From positions 1,024,001 to 1,088,000 of the forward strand of contig CBDFIJ010000004.1 in the NCBI GenBank assembly GCA_965248055.1: a DNA stretch of 64,000 nt, in the 5' to 3' direction. The notes beneath the pieces are model-generated. The model saw only the letters and a program-made list of their open reading frames with translations. It was not told the origin of the DNA and made no database searches. The position numbers were made by a program, and so were the translations under genes. This document shows, in pieces, positions 48,731-58,258 of the stretch. Numbering within the stretch: the stretch's first letter is position 1; each line of letters begins with the position of its first letter. The stretch is from Candidatus Multivoradales bacterium. Lineage in GTDB: Bacteria; Acidobacteriota; Thermoanaerobaculia; Multivoradales; JAHEKO01.

Positions 48731-49333
48731 CTAGACGGCTTCTGGTCCTTTCTCCCGTTTTTCCATCACGCGATCAGCCAAACCGTACTTCACCGCTTCA
48801 TCAGCGGTCAGGATCTTGTCGCGCTCGGTATCTTCGTGAACTCTATCCTTTGGCTGGCCGGTGTGGAGCGCCATGATTTCATCCAATCGGTCCCGCAACG
48901 CCAACATGTCCTGGGCGTGTATTTCAATATCTGTCTGCTGGCCGCCCATACCCTGTATCAACGGCTGATGGATGAGGACTCTGCTGTTTGGCAGCACCGT
49001 GCGTTTCCCTGCGGCTCCAGCGGCGAGTAGCACTGCTGCCATCGAGGCCGCCTGGCCGACGCAATAGGTCGCAATATCCGGCTTGAGATATTGCATGGTG
49101 TCGTAGATCGCCAAACCAGCGCTAACCACCCCACCCGGGGAGTTGATGTAAAGCGAAATGTCCTTTTCTGGACTCTCCGCTTCCAGATAGAGCATTTGGG
49201 CGATGATGAGGCTGGACCCTTCGTCATCAATTTGCCGTCCCAAGAAAATGATGTTGTCTTTGAGCAAGCGCGAATAAATGTCGTACGCGCGTTCACCGCG
49301 GTTCGTCTGCTCCACTACCATCGGTACCAACAT
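48731..49333 (-). CDS. clpP: ClpP protease
   Basis: [21 protein letters not shown]. Confidence 0.98.
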   Translation of the reverse strand: MLVPMVVEQTNRGERAYDIYSRLLKDNIIFLGRQIDDEGSSLIIAQMLYLEAESPEKDISLYINSPGGVVSAGLAIYDTMQYLKPDIATYCVGQAASMAAVLLAAGAAGKRTVLPNSRVLIHQPLIQGMGGQQTDIEIHAQDMLALRDRLDEIMALHTGQPKDRVHEDTERDKILTADEAVKYGLADRVMEKREKGPEAV

Positions 49334-49336
49334 CGC

Positions 49337-50656
49337 TTATTCCTCCTCGCCAATCACAGATTCGCCGCCGTCCGTCCCACCAGTATCCGGATCAGCGCTC
49401 TCGTTCGGTTCTTGATCTTCCGCAACTTCGCCGAGCAATCGGGCGACCGCCGCCCGGCGTCGCAAGTGTCGACGCAGGCTTTCCAGCCTACCTGAATCCG
49501 CCAACGCCTTGCGCATGGCGACACTGGACACCTTGCGCTCAGTCGCCAATTGACCAATCGCGTTTTGTAGGTCTTCCGGGTCCGCCTCCAGCTCCAAATG
49601 ATCCGAAACCGCATCCAGCAGTAGACGAGCGCGCACTCTGCCTTCACCCCGGGGGGTGAATTCCTGCGCGATTCGCTCCCACTCAATGTCGCCTTTCTCG
49701 ACATCAACCCCTTGTTCCGACAACGCGGTTGCGTATTCAGTCAACATCTCTTGGACCTCGGCGTCCACTGCCCCCTGTGGAGCGTCAAATGGATGCCGCA
49801 GTGCCAGTTGATCAAGCATCGCCGCTTCGCGCTTCGCCATCCCTTCCCGTTGCTTGCCAACTCGCAATTGATCCGCAACCCGCGAGCGCAGCTCGGCAAG
49901 GTCGGTGAATTTGCCAACCTTCTGCGCCAAGGCGTCGTCAAGCTCTGGAAGAATTCTCTCTTTGACTTCTACCAGCTCCACGGAGTGCCGACGCACGATT
50001 TGGCCGCTCTCCGGATCGCCCGGCCGCGTGAACGGAGCGCTTTTGCCAGCCTCAAGACCGGCAAGAGCCTCACTGAGTTCCGGCCAAACGGTTTGCTCGC
50101 CAACTTCCAACATCACAGGACGGACTTCTTCGTCTCCATCTGTTTCGCGAATCTTGACTGTGACCAGGTCACCGTTAGCCGCTGGCCGCTCCACGGGTTT
50201 CCAGTCGCTCGCCTGACGTCGAATGTTTTCCAGCGCCTCATCAATCTCCTCGTCGGTGGGCTCGGCTTCTACCTCTGGCAGGTCGAACGACTCAAGGTCG
50301 CCAATGGTGATCTCCGGGCGAATCTCGACCGTCGCAGCAAATACAAATTTTTCATCGGTCCATTCGACTTCTCCGAGCTGCGGGGAGGTCAGCGGCTGCA
50401 GTTGACTCTCCGCCTCCGCCTGGCGCCAAAAGCGAGGCACGATCCGTTCTAGCGTCTCCTGGCGAATCTCCTCCATGTACCGCTTCTTCACCAAATCCAA
50501 AGGCATCTTGCCTTTGCGGAATCCGGGCGCTTTCGCGGTCTTGCGAATCGAGTGAGTAACTCGCTCCATTTCGGCATCCACCGCGGCCACCGGAACTTCG
50601 ATCGACAGTTCCTTACGCCAGGGGCCAACGTCTTTAATTTCGCGCACTACGCTCAT
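49337..50656 (-). CDS. tig: Trigger factor
   Basis: PGFRKGK signature; position upstream of clpP. Confidence 0.95.
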   Translation of the reverse strand: MSVVREIKDVGPWRKELSIEVPVAAVDAEMERVTHSIRKTAKAPGFRKGKMPLDLVKKRYMEEIRQETLERIVPRFWRQAEAESQLQPLTSPQLGEVEWTDEKFVFAATVEIRPEITIGDLESFDLPEVEAEPTDEEIDEALENIRRQASDWKPVERPAANGDLVTVKIRETDGDEEVRPVMLEVGEQTVWPELSEALAGLEAGKSAPFTRPGDPESGQIVRRHSVELVEVKERILPELDDALAQKVGKFTDLAELRSRVADQLRVGKQREGMAKREAAMLDQLALRHPFDAPQGAVDAEVQEMLTEYATALSEQGVDVEKGDIEWERIAQEFTPRGEGRVRARLLLDAVSDHLELEADPEDLQNAIGQLATERKVSSVAMRKALADSGRLESLRRHLRRRAAVARLLGEVAEDQEPNESADPDTGGTDGGESVIGEEE

Positions 50657-50787
50657 GATGGATTTCGTTCCTCAGGTCGGGGACACAATGACTCAGCTAC
50701 AGGTTGCCCGCTACTCTTGTGTCTTTGACGTTTGTCGAATCTTGCTGATGCTGAAGGGCCCGGTTCCGATCCAAACTTCCAGTTTCC

Positions 50788-50872
50788 TGGTGCGAAAGGG
50801 GGGACTCGAACCCCCAACCCCGAAGGGACTAGATCCTAAGTCTAGCGCGTATGCCAATTCCGCCACTTTCGC
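50788..50872 (-). tRNA. tRNA-Leu(TAG)
   Basis: GCGAAAG..CTAGA-CTTAGGA-TCTAG..GTTCGAG..CTTTCGCACCA, long variable arm. Confidence 0.95.
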
Positions 50873-50929
50873 ACGACCCTGGCTCCCAGCTCGCCGAGAA
50901 TCCAGACCAGGTCAAAACAGGGAAGTTAT

Positions 50930-51005
<76 letters not shown>

Positions 51006-51069
51006 ACCGGACCGCGAATAATACGGGAAGGGTCGCTGCCGAGCAAGGAATCCGGCGGCCCCGATAAGG

Positions 51070-51312
51070 TCAGCCGCCTTGGACGAAGCGGACGATTTCG
51101 AGACGGTCATTCGGGGCCAGCAACAGCCGATCAAATTCCGTGCGACGAACAATCTCGCGGTTGCGCTCCACCGCTACGGTTTCGGGTGCCAAATCAAGGC
51201 GTTGCAGTAACGACAATATGGTCAAACCGTCTACCCAAGGATAGGGATTTCCGTTCACCACCATCTCGGTTTCGCTGGACAAACTCTGCTGAACCGTTGA
51301 CGCCTCGCTCAT
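51070..51312 (-). CDS. thiS: Sulfur carrier protein ThiS
   Basis: VNG, VAVERNREIV, DRLEIVRFVQGG C-terminus. Confidence 0.9.
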   Translation of the reverse strand: MSEASTVQQSLSSETEMVVNGNPYPWVDGLTILSLLQRLDLAPETVAVERNREIVRRTEFDRLLLAPNDRLEIVRFVQGG

Positions 51313-51360
51313 GGCGCAGATTCTACCTTTTGCAGAACGCTGGGTAGCTGTGTACTCGCA

Positions 51361-51981
51361 CTAGATCAAGTAGCGAGCGGTGGCTTGGCGTCCGTCGGTC
51401 TCTGTACGCAGGACCAGCCCGGCTGGACGTCGCGGGCCGACTTCGCAGGAAATCGACAGGTTGCCGTTGGAATCGGTAATCAGAGATTTCAACCGGGTTG
51501 GCGGCCCAAACAAGTCGAAGCGCTCCACTTCCACGGTCGCCCCAGCAACCGCGCGCCCACCCGGGAATGTCAAGCGAGCCTCGACCGCCCCTGACCCGGT
51601 ATCGCCAACGCGCCGCAAGGCGCCAACGTCGACCCAAAACTTGGGGGGATCTTGGCGTCGTCGCTTGTGGCTTCCGATAAGTTCTGCCAGGCGGGCAAAC
51701 AAACCGGGTGCCGTATCGGGTTCCTCCGTCAGCGAGTCGGCCAGAGTCTCCACTTCAGTGTGTCCATCACCGACAAACAAGTCCAGCTCGCCGTGTTCCA
51801 GAACTCCGACGATTTCCTGGTGCTGGGCCGAAGCAGAGTCCTGCTCCGCCTGCTCACAACGGCGGGCAAAAACCACCTGGCCACCCATGTAGATCAAGGT
51901 CTCGACCCCACCCGGAGTCACCTGTGTCTGCACATGGTAGTGATCGCCGCCAACGCGGATGTCGCTATTGAATCCAGTCAT
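51361..51981 (-). CDS. Hypothetical protein (GFNxD..YHVQT N-terminal motif, Ig-like C-terminus)
   Basis: MTGFNSDIRVGGDHYHVQTQ; start at 51981 preferred. Confidence 0.6.
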   Translation of the reverse strand: MTGFNSDIRVGGDHYHVQTQVTPGGVETLIYMGGQVVFARRCEQAEQDSASAQHQEIVGVLEHGELDLFVGDGHTEVETLADSLTEEPDTAPGLFARLAELIGSHKRRRQDPPKFWVDVGALRRVGDTGSGAVEARLTFPGGRAVAGATVEVERFDLFGPPTRLKSLITDSNGNLSISCEVGPRRPAGLVLRTETDGRQATARYLI

Positions 51982-52041
51982 TGCGTCCCAAGGGATACCA
52001 TTGTCCGCATCCCTTGCGCATGAGACAATGACACAAGTCAC

Positions 52042-52069
52042 ACTGGAACAATCTGCACGATGTTCCGGT
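52042..52069. promoter_or_regulatory. Palindromic operator-like site upstream of crotonase operon
   Basis: ACTGGAACA-N10-TGTTCCGGT. Confidence 0.4.
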
Positions 52070-52138
52070 TGACTCTATTGGATGCAAGCGTCGAAAAATT
52101 CTTCGGCTTCAATAAATCAAACTCGGAGGTATCAAAAC

Positions 52139-52933
52139 ATGTCAAACCAGGATGTCCTGGTGGAATACGGCGTTCGCGACGGAGTCGCTTACCTGGTGCT
52201 CACTGACCCACCCGCAAACACCTACACCCACGAAATGATGCGTCAACTCGATGAGGCGATCCTCAAAGCACGGTTTGACGAGAACGTCCATGTCTTAGTG
52301 CTCACTGGACAGGGCACCAAGTTCTTCTGCGCTGGAGCCAACATTAGCATGCTTGAGGGGGCCGACCCGACCTTCAAATACTACTTTTGCCTGCACGCGA
52401 ACGAGACCTTGAACCGTCTTGAGCAGACTCCTAAATTGGTAATCGCCGCGCTCAATGGACACACCGTGGGCGGTGGTCTTGAAATTGCTATGGCGGCGGA
52501 CATGCGCATCGCCAAAAAAGACTCGGGAAGCGTCGGATTGCCAGAAGTCAACCTCGGTGTACTGCCGGGCACCGGTGGGACGCAGCGCCTAGTTCGCATC
52601 GTCGGCAAACAGCGTGCGATCGAATTGATGGTTTCCGGTCGGTTGACGTCCTACGAAGAAGCCAAAGATCTGGGCATCGTCTCCGATATTTATGACGGCG
52701 ATGATTTTGAGGATCAGATCCACCAGTATGCGACCTCGTTCTGTCCTCCCAATAGTGCTTCCAAGGCGGTCGGGCGGATCAAACGCTCGGTGCAAAGTGG
52801 AGCTGAGGTTCCGTTCGAGAGCGCTCTGGCAATCGAGCGCGAATTGCAGCAGCAACTGTTCCAAGGCGATGACGCCAAAGAAGGGTTGGCTGCCTACATC
52901 GAGAAGCGTAAGCCGGAGTTTTCCGCTTCCTAG
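52139..52933 (+). CDS. Enoyl-CoA hydratase/isomerase family protein
   Basis: FCAGAN, NGHTVGGGLE, GLPEVNLGVLPGTGGTQRL; GGAGG before ATG 52139. Confidence 0.92.
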   Translation: MSNQDVLVEYGVRDGVAYLVLTDPPANTYTHEMMRQLDEAILKARFDENVHVLVLTGQGTKFFCAGANISMLEGADPTFKYYFCLHANETLNRLEQTPKLVIAALNGHTVGGGLEIAMAADMRIAKKDSGSVGLPEVNLGVLPGTGGTQRLVRIVGKQRAIELMVSGRLTSYEEAKDLGIVSDIYDGDDFEDQIHQYATSFCPPNSASKAVGRIKRSVQSGAEVPFESALAIERELQQQLFQGDDAKEGLAAYIEKRKPEFSAS

Positions 52934-52979
52934 CGAGGACGAGGGCGTGGGCAAGTGCCCCGCCCACCGTCTGCTCTTT

Positions 52980-54176
52980 ATGCCCAAGCAACCCGTTGTT
53001 CTGGCGGCTCCGGTTCGTACCCCTATCGGTAAGTTCGGCGGCGCTCTGGCTGAACTGTCCGCGGCCGACCTAGGCACGGCCGCGGCAACCGCATGCCTTT
53101 CCCGAGCTGAACTCGAGGGACGGCACATCGACCAAACAATTTTTGGCCATGCCCGCCAAGCTGGCGGTGGCCCCAATACTGCGCGCCAGATTTCCTATCG
53201 TTGCCAGGTTCCGATCGAGAGTCCGGCTTTCACCGTCAACCAAGCTTGTGGTTCAGGGCTGCAGGCAGTATTCGCTGCCGCCCGAGCGATTGCTCTGGGG
53301 GAAGCCGAAGTGGTGCTTGCCGGCGGCACCGAAAGCATGTCGAACACACCCTACATGCTGCCCAGAGCACGCTGGGGATACCGGCTGGGACACGCAGAAT
53401 TGACCGACGGAATGTATCGAGACGGGTTTGTCGATCCGCTCTCTGGGCTGGTGATGGGCGAGACCGCCGAAGAACTGGCTGCTGAGATCGGCATCAGCCG
53501 CAAACAAGCGGATGCATGGGCAGTCCTCAGCCAGCAGCGATACCAAGTAGCCCGAGAGCGAGGCCGCTTTGAGCGAGAGCTGGTTGCCGTCGAGGCGCCA
53601 CAGCGGCGAAAAACCGTCACCGTGGACCATGATGAACATCCGCGCGACCAGGTATCGATCGAGGGTTTGAGCAAACTCAAGACTGTGTTTCGCGAGGGCG
53701 GCACGGTGACCGCCGGCAACGCCTCCGGGATCACCGACGGTGCGGCAGCCTTGATCGTCGCCTCCCAGGATGCAGCACAGCGGATGGGGCTGGAGCCCGC
53801 CGCGATCTTGCACGACTGGGAAGTGGTTGGCGTCGAGCCGCGAATCATGGGGATTGGGCCGGTTCCCGCGGTCAGAAATTTGCTTGAGCGCAACCAGCGA
53901 ACCCTGAGCGACATCGACCTGATCGAACTCAACGAAGCTTTCGCCAGCCAAGTCCTGGCCTGCAACCAAGAACTTGAACTGGACCCCGAGCGGGTCAACG
54001 TCGACGGCGGCGCGATTGCCCTGGGTCACCCGATTGGTTGTACTGGGGCACGGATCTTGGTGACCCTGATTCATGCCCTGGCCGATCGGGATCGGCGGCT
54101 GGGAATCGCCACCCTCTGTGTATCCGGGGGTCTTGGCCTGGCAGCGTTAGTCGAACGCCCTGGAGAAAGCCAGTGA
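52980..54176 (+). CDS. Thiolase (acetyl-CoA C-acyltransferase)
   Basis: RTPIG, NQACGSG, NEAFA, GHPIGCTG, CVSGG. Confidence 0.95.
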   Translation: MPKQPVVLAAPVRTPIGKFGGALAELSAADLGTAAATACLSRAELEGRHIDQTIFGHARQAGGGPNTARQISYRCQVPIESPAFTVNQACGSGLQAVFAAARAIALGEAEVVLAGGTESMSNTPYMLPRARWGYRLGHAELTDGMYRDGFVDPLSGLVMGETAEELAAEIGISRKQADAWAVLSQQRYQVARERGRFERELVAVEAPQRRKTVTVDHDEHPRDQVSIEGLSKLKTVFREGGTVTAGNASGITDGAAALIVASQDAAQRMGLEPAAILHDWEVVGVEPRIMGIGPVPAVRNLLERNQRTLSDIDLIELNEAFASQVLACNQELELDPERVNVDGGAIALGHPIGCTGARILVTLIHALADRDRRLGIATLCVSGGLGLAALVERPGESQ

Positions 54177-54940
54177 AGAGTTCCGGCTTTACGCTAGATC
54201 GGGGTGAGCGCGTCGCCGCCATCCGGCTAGATATTCCTCCGCTCAACGTCTTGGACCTAACCACCATGGCGTCGCTGATTGAGGCGGTGGACGACTTGGC
54301 GCTCGATGAATCGATCGCCTGCCTGGTGTTGCGCGGTTCCCACAAAGCCTTCTCCGCAGGTGTGTCGGTCGCCGATCATACCCGCGACAAGATCGAGGGC
54401 ATGCTGGACCGCTTCCACGGGTTGCTGCGTCGACTGGAGGAATTCCCTGCGCCGACCTTGTCCGCGATCGAAGGTCATTGCCTGGGTGGTGGAATGGAAT
54501 TGGCCATGGCTTGCGATCTGCGGGTTGCCAGCAAGCGGGCCCGTTTCAGCCAACCAGAGATTCGACTTGCTTGTTTCCCACCCTACGCGGCGGTGCGCTA
54601 TCCAGGCCAACTGGGAGCGGCCAACACTGCGGACTTGGTGCTTACCGGTAGAAATCTCAGTGCCGAGGAAGCGCTTAGCATGGGAGTCGTCAGCAGGCTG
54701 TTTCCCACCGAAGACTTTGATCAATATTTGGATCAAATGTTGGAGGAAATCCTAGCAGCCAGCACCCCGGTTTTGCGACTGTCCAAACAGGCGATGGCCA
54801 ACGCCAAGGATCGCGGTGAAGACGCCGCGCTAGCCGACGCCGAACGCATCTATTGCCAACAACTAACGCAGCTACAAGACCTCGATGAAGGGCTGGCCGC
54901 GTTTGTCGAAAAACGATCGCCTACATGGCGACACCGATAA
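54173..54940 (+). CDS. Enoyl-CoA hydratase, dienoyl-CoA hydratase (Dch)-like
   Basis: PPLNVL, FSAGVSVADH, CLGGGME, QPEIRLACFPP. Confidence 0.85.
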   Translation: MKSSGFTLDRGERVAAIRLDIPPLNVLDLTTMASLIEAVDDLALDESIACLVLRGSHKAFSAGVSVADHTRDKIEGMLDRFHGLLRRLEEFPAPTLSAIEGHCLGGGMELAMACDLRVASKRARFSQPEIRLACFPPYAAVRYPGQLGAANTADLVLTGRNLSAEEALSMGVVSRLFPTEDFDQYLDQMLEEILAASTPVLRLSKQAMANAKDRGEDAALADAERIYCQQLTQLQDLDEGLAAFVEKRSPTWRHR

Positions 54941-54942
54941 TC

Positions 54943-55040
54943 AGGGGACACAATATCCATACGATGTTAGGTGCAGCACGGACCCTATTAGCTCGGGATT
55001 CGCAGTTCATCTGGGCACGACAATTCACTTTGTGTCCCCT
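54943..55040. repeat. MITE-like element with 11-bp terminal inverted repeats AGGGGACACAA/TTGTGTCCCCT
   Basis: Same ends as hairpins at 57468 and 58231. Confidence 0.7.
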
Positions 55041-55068
55041 TCACAATCTACAAACCAAAGGAGAACCG

Positions 55069-55845
55069 ATGTCTGAAACCGTACTCATTGAACGCCAAGA
55101 TCGCGTCGCAATTCTAACTTTCAACCGCCCCGACAAGCTCAACGCGCTATCCGAACAGGTCCGTAGTGAGACCATGGCCTACCTGGAAGAGATTGAGAAG
55201 GACGACTCGATCGGTGCGGTGATACTGACCGGCGCCGGAGAAAAGGCATTTGTCGCCGGCGCAGACATCGGCGAATTTGAAGGCCGTTCTCCTTTCGACC
55301 AGCGCAAAGCGATGGCCAGTCCGCGCATTTTTGACGTCATGGCCACGTTTCCGAAACCGGTAATCGCCATGATCAATGGTTTTTGCTTGGGCGGTGGCTG
55401 TGAGCTCTCGTTGTCGTGCGACATCCGCACTGCATCGTCCAATGCCCGTTTTGGTCAACCAGAGATCAACCTAGGCCTGATCCCAGGCGGCGGTGGCACC
55501 CAGCGTCTGACGCGTTTGGTCGGCCTCGGTCAGTCGATGCGGCTGATCCTCTCCGGTGGCATGATCTCCGCAGAAGAAGCCCTGCGTATCGGCCTGATCG
55601 ACATGATGTTCGAGCCTGAAGAGTTGCGCGAACAGACTCTCAAGTTGGCCTCCCAGATCGCCTCCAAGAGTCCCCTCACGTTGCAGGTAGCCAAGCAGGC
55701 GGTACGCGCCAGCCAAACCATGTCGATCGATGCCGGAGTTGCTTACGAACGCGACCTATTCTGCCTCTGCTTCTCCTCAGAAGACAAAGCCGAAGGCGTC
55801 GATGCGTTTCTCAACAAACGCCCCGCGGAGTGGAAGGGTCGGTAA
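55069..55845 (+). CDS. Enoyl-CoA hydratase (crotonase)
   Basis: NRPDKLNAL, AFVAGADI, GGGCE, GQPEINLG..PGGGGTQRL. Confidence 0.93.
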   Translation: MSETVLIERQDRVAILTFNRPDKLNALSEQVRSETMAYLEEIEKDDSIGAVILTGAGEKAFVAGADIGEFEGRSPFDQRKAMASPRIFDVMATFPKPVIAMINGFCLGGGCELSLSCDIRTASSNARFGQPEINLGLIPGGGGTQRLTRLVGLGQSMRLILSGGMISAEEALRIGLIDMMFEPEELREQTLKLASQIASKSPLTLQVAKQAVRASQTMSIDAGVAYERDLFCLCFSSEDKAEGVDAFLNKRPAEWKGR

Positions 55846-55929
55846 CGTTTTCTAGCCTAGCCTGCCAAGCCGGTGGAGAGGGAGCTGGCTCAACTTCGGC
55901 TGCCTCCCTCAATCACGGCAAACCGGGAC

Positions 55930-56285
55930 ATTTGAGATCCTTCGACTCCCCTCGCGGGTCGGCTCAGGATGACAATCAAAGGAAAGCTGAGCGGAGAGTA
56001 AATCCCTGCCCTACGAAAGGGCACGTCGGACACGACTGGCACTAGTTCTCATAACTCTCTCGCTTCTCGTCTATTAAACAACCCAATCTGGGAAAGCGCC
56101 TTGCGTGCTCCCGTCCCCTGCCCGTCATCGCGGCAGGGGGACGGGCAGGGCGGCCGGGATCCAGTAGCACGCATAAACCGCGCAGCAGTATCGAGATGTC
56201 GAGATTCTTCGACTCCCCTCGCTGTCGCTCAGGGAGACATTTGCAAGAACAGTGGACGCTCACGATTCGCCACCGTCGTCATCCA
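55930..56285. repeat. REP-like cluster (CGTC- and GTAG-types)
   Basis: GAGATCCTTCGACTCCCC..GCTCAGGATGACA at ~55934 and variant at 56201. Confidence 0.75.
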
Positions 56286-56400
56286 AGCCACACCAGAAAA
56301 CTAATCACCCTGCCAACTCGTAACAAACCCAGCCGCGAAGGAAGCCGCCGAAGCTGGGCTCCCTCGTTTCCGAAACGACATCAACCAGAAGGAATTGTGG

Positions 56401-57444
56401 ATGAAAAATAGAATCACTTTGGTCGCAGTGGCCCTGCTTGCTTGGGCGGCAGTCGCCTCGGCGCAAAACATTACCGGGCTACCCCGAGTCAGCCCGCACG
56501 CAGAAGTCACGCAAAAGGTCGGTATTTCGACCGTCACTGTTGACTATCACCGGCCTTCGGTCAACGACCGCGAGGTATTCGGAACCTTGGTGCCCTTTGG
56601 TGCGGTGTGGCGCGCCGGGGCCAACGACAACACCACGATCACGTTCTCAGACGATCTCTCGGTCGAGGGTGAGTCGCTCGCTGCGGGCACCTACGGTCTA
56701 CACATGCTCCCCGGCGAAGAGGCATGGGAGATCATCTTCAGCAACAACAGCACATCCTGGGGAAGCTTCTCCTATGACGAGACGGAAGATGCCCTTCGGG
56801 TTTCTGTAAATGCCGAAACTTCTGCGGTATTCAATGAACAGCTGAGTTACGGATTCGAAGCCGTGAGCGCCACCGAGGGCACTCTCGCCTTACATTGGGC
56901 GGACCTCAAAGTTCCGGTCAAGCTCTCTGTCGACACGCCAGCGCTGGCGATCAACAAAATCAAGAACGACCTACGCCACCTGCCGGGTTTCAATTGGCAG
57001 GGCTGGAATAGCGCTGCCAACTACTGTCTGCAAAACGGCGTTGATCTTGAGCAGGGGCTTGCCTGGTCGGAGCAGTCGATCAATCGGAATCCCAACGCGG
57101 TCAACCTATTTGTCAAAGCTGGCATTCTCACCGCGTTGGAACGCGTCGACGAGGGTAAGAGCACCGAACAAGAAGCGTTTGAGCTGGCCTCGGAAGCCCA
57201 GGTCAATGCCTTCGGCTACAACTACCTGTTTCAGCGCAACGACGTGGACCGAGCCCTGGAAATTTTCCAGTTCAACGTCGACAAGAACCCAGAGTCTTGG
57301 AACGCACACGACAGTTTGGCCGAAGCCTTGGCCACCAAAGGGGACACAGAGGCTGCGATCGCCAACTACCGCAAAGCGCTGGAGATGGCTCCGGAAGCGC
57401 AACACGCGCGCATCGAAGGAGTCTTGATCGGGCTTGAAGGCTAG
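56401..57444 (+). CDS. DUF2911-type exported protein with C-terminal TPR repeats
   Basis: PRVSP, YHRPSV..R, LVPFGAVWRAGAN..T, LAAGTYGL; TPR NAHDSLAEA..AIANYRKAL. Confidence 0.85.
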   Translation: MKNRITLVAVALLAWAAVASAQNITGLPRVSPHAEVTQKVGISTVTVDYHRPSVNDREVFGTLVPFGAVWRAGANDNTTITFSDDLSVEGESLAAGTYGLHMLPGEEAWEIIFSNNSTSWGSFSYDETEDALRVSVNAETSAVFNEQLSYGFEAVSATEGTLALHWADLKVPVKLSVDTPALAINKIKNDLRHLPGFNWQGWNSAANYCLQNGVDLEQGLAWSEQSINRNPNAVNLFVKAGILTALERVDEGKSTEQEAFELASEAQVNAFGYNYLFQRNDVDRALEIFQFNVDKNPESWNAHDSLAEALATKGDTEAAIANYRKALEMAPEAQHARIEGVLIGLEG

Positions 57445-57467
57445 TTGAGGGGACGCAATCTAGTTGA

Positions 57468-57495
57468 GGGGACACAATCTTTACATTGTGTCCCC
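57468..57495. repeat. GGGGACACAAT-N6-ATTGTGTCCCC palindrome with upstream 19-bp duplication
   Basis: Directly read; follows stop codon at 57444. Confidence 0.8.
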
Positions 57496-57628
57496 GCAGG
57501 AGGCGGAGCCGGACGACCGGTTCCGCCTCTTTCTTGCTGGGAATCTCTTCAACGCCAGCCTGCGTAACAGCAGCACAACACGGGGCAAGCGCCCACAACG
57601 TTTCCAGAAAACTACAAGGAGCCATCTG

Positions 57629-58210
57629 ATGTATAAAGGAATCACGCTCGCCGCACTGGCGATCTTCGCTTCGGCAAGTCTCTCCCACGCCCAGTCCGAT
57701 GCCCAATCCGATGCCATACCGCCCCGGGTCAGCCCGCGGGCGCAGGTCAGCCAAACGATCGGCATCTCCACGGTTACCATCGACTACCACCGGCCCTCGG
57801 TCAAGGGCCGCAGTATCTGGGGATCTCTGGTGCCTTACGGTGCTGTCTGGCGTGCCGGGGCAAACGAAAACACGACCATCACGCTGTCCGACGACGCAAC
57901 CATCGACGGACAAGCCCTTGCGGCAGGCACCTACGGTCTGCACATGATCCCAAGCAACTCGTCCTGGATCATCATTTTCAGCAACGACAGCGCCTCTTGG
58001 GGCAGTTTCTCCTACGATCAGTCCAAGGACGCACTGCGCATCGAAGTCACGCCGGTCGAGGCTCCTGCCAAGGAACAACTGGCTTACGAGTTTGATGCGG
58101 TCAACACCGAGGAGGCCACGCTATCTCTGCGCTGGGAGAAGCTCCGGGTTCCGGTCAAGATCCATTTCGATACTACGGCCTTGGCAGCCGCGGCTGGGAT
58201 CGAAGGCTAG
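57629..58210 (+). CDS. Second DUF2911-type protein (no TPR)
   Basis: Paralog of 56401-57444 N-domain; AAGGAG before ATG 57629. Confidence 0.85.
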   Translation: MYKGITLAALAIFASASLSHAQSDAQSDAIPPRVSPRAQVSQTIGISTVTIDYHRPSVKGRSIWGSLVPYGAVWRAGANENTTITLSDDATIDGQALAAGTYGLHMIPSNSSWIIIFSNDSASWGSFSYDQSKDALRIEVTPVEAPAKEQLAYEFDAVNTEEATLSLRWEKLRVPVKIHFDTTALAAAAGIEG

Positions 58211-58230
58211 TTAGGGGAACACGTTTCTCT

Positions 58231-58258
58231 GGGGACACAATGTAGGGATTGTGTCCCC
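58231..58258. repeat. GGGGACACAAT-N6-ATTGTGTCCCC palindrome
   Basis: Between convergent stops at 58210 and 58259. Confidence 0.8.
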
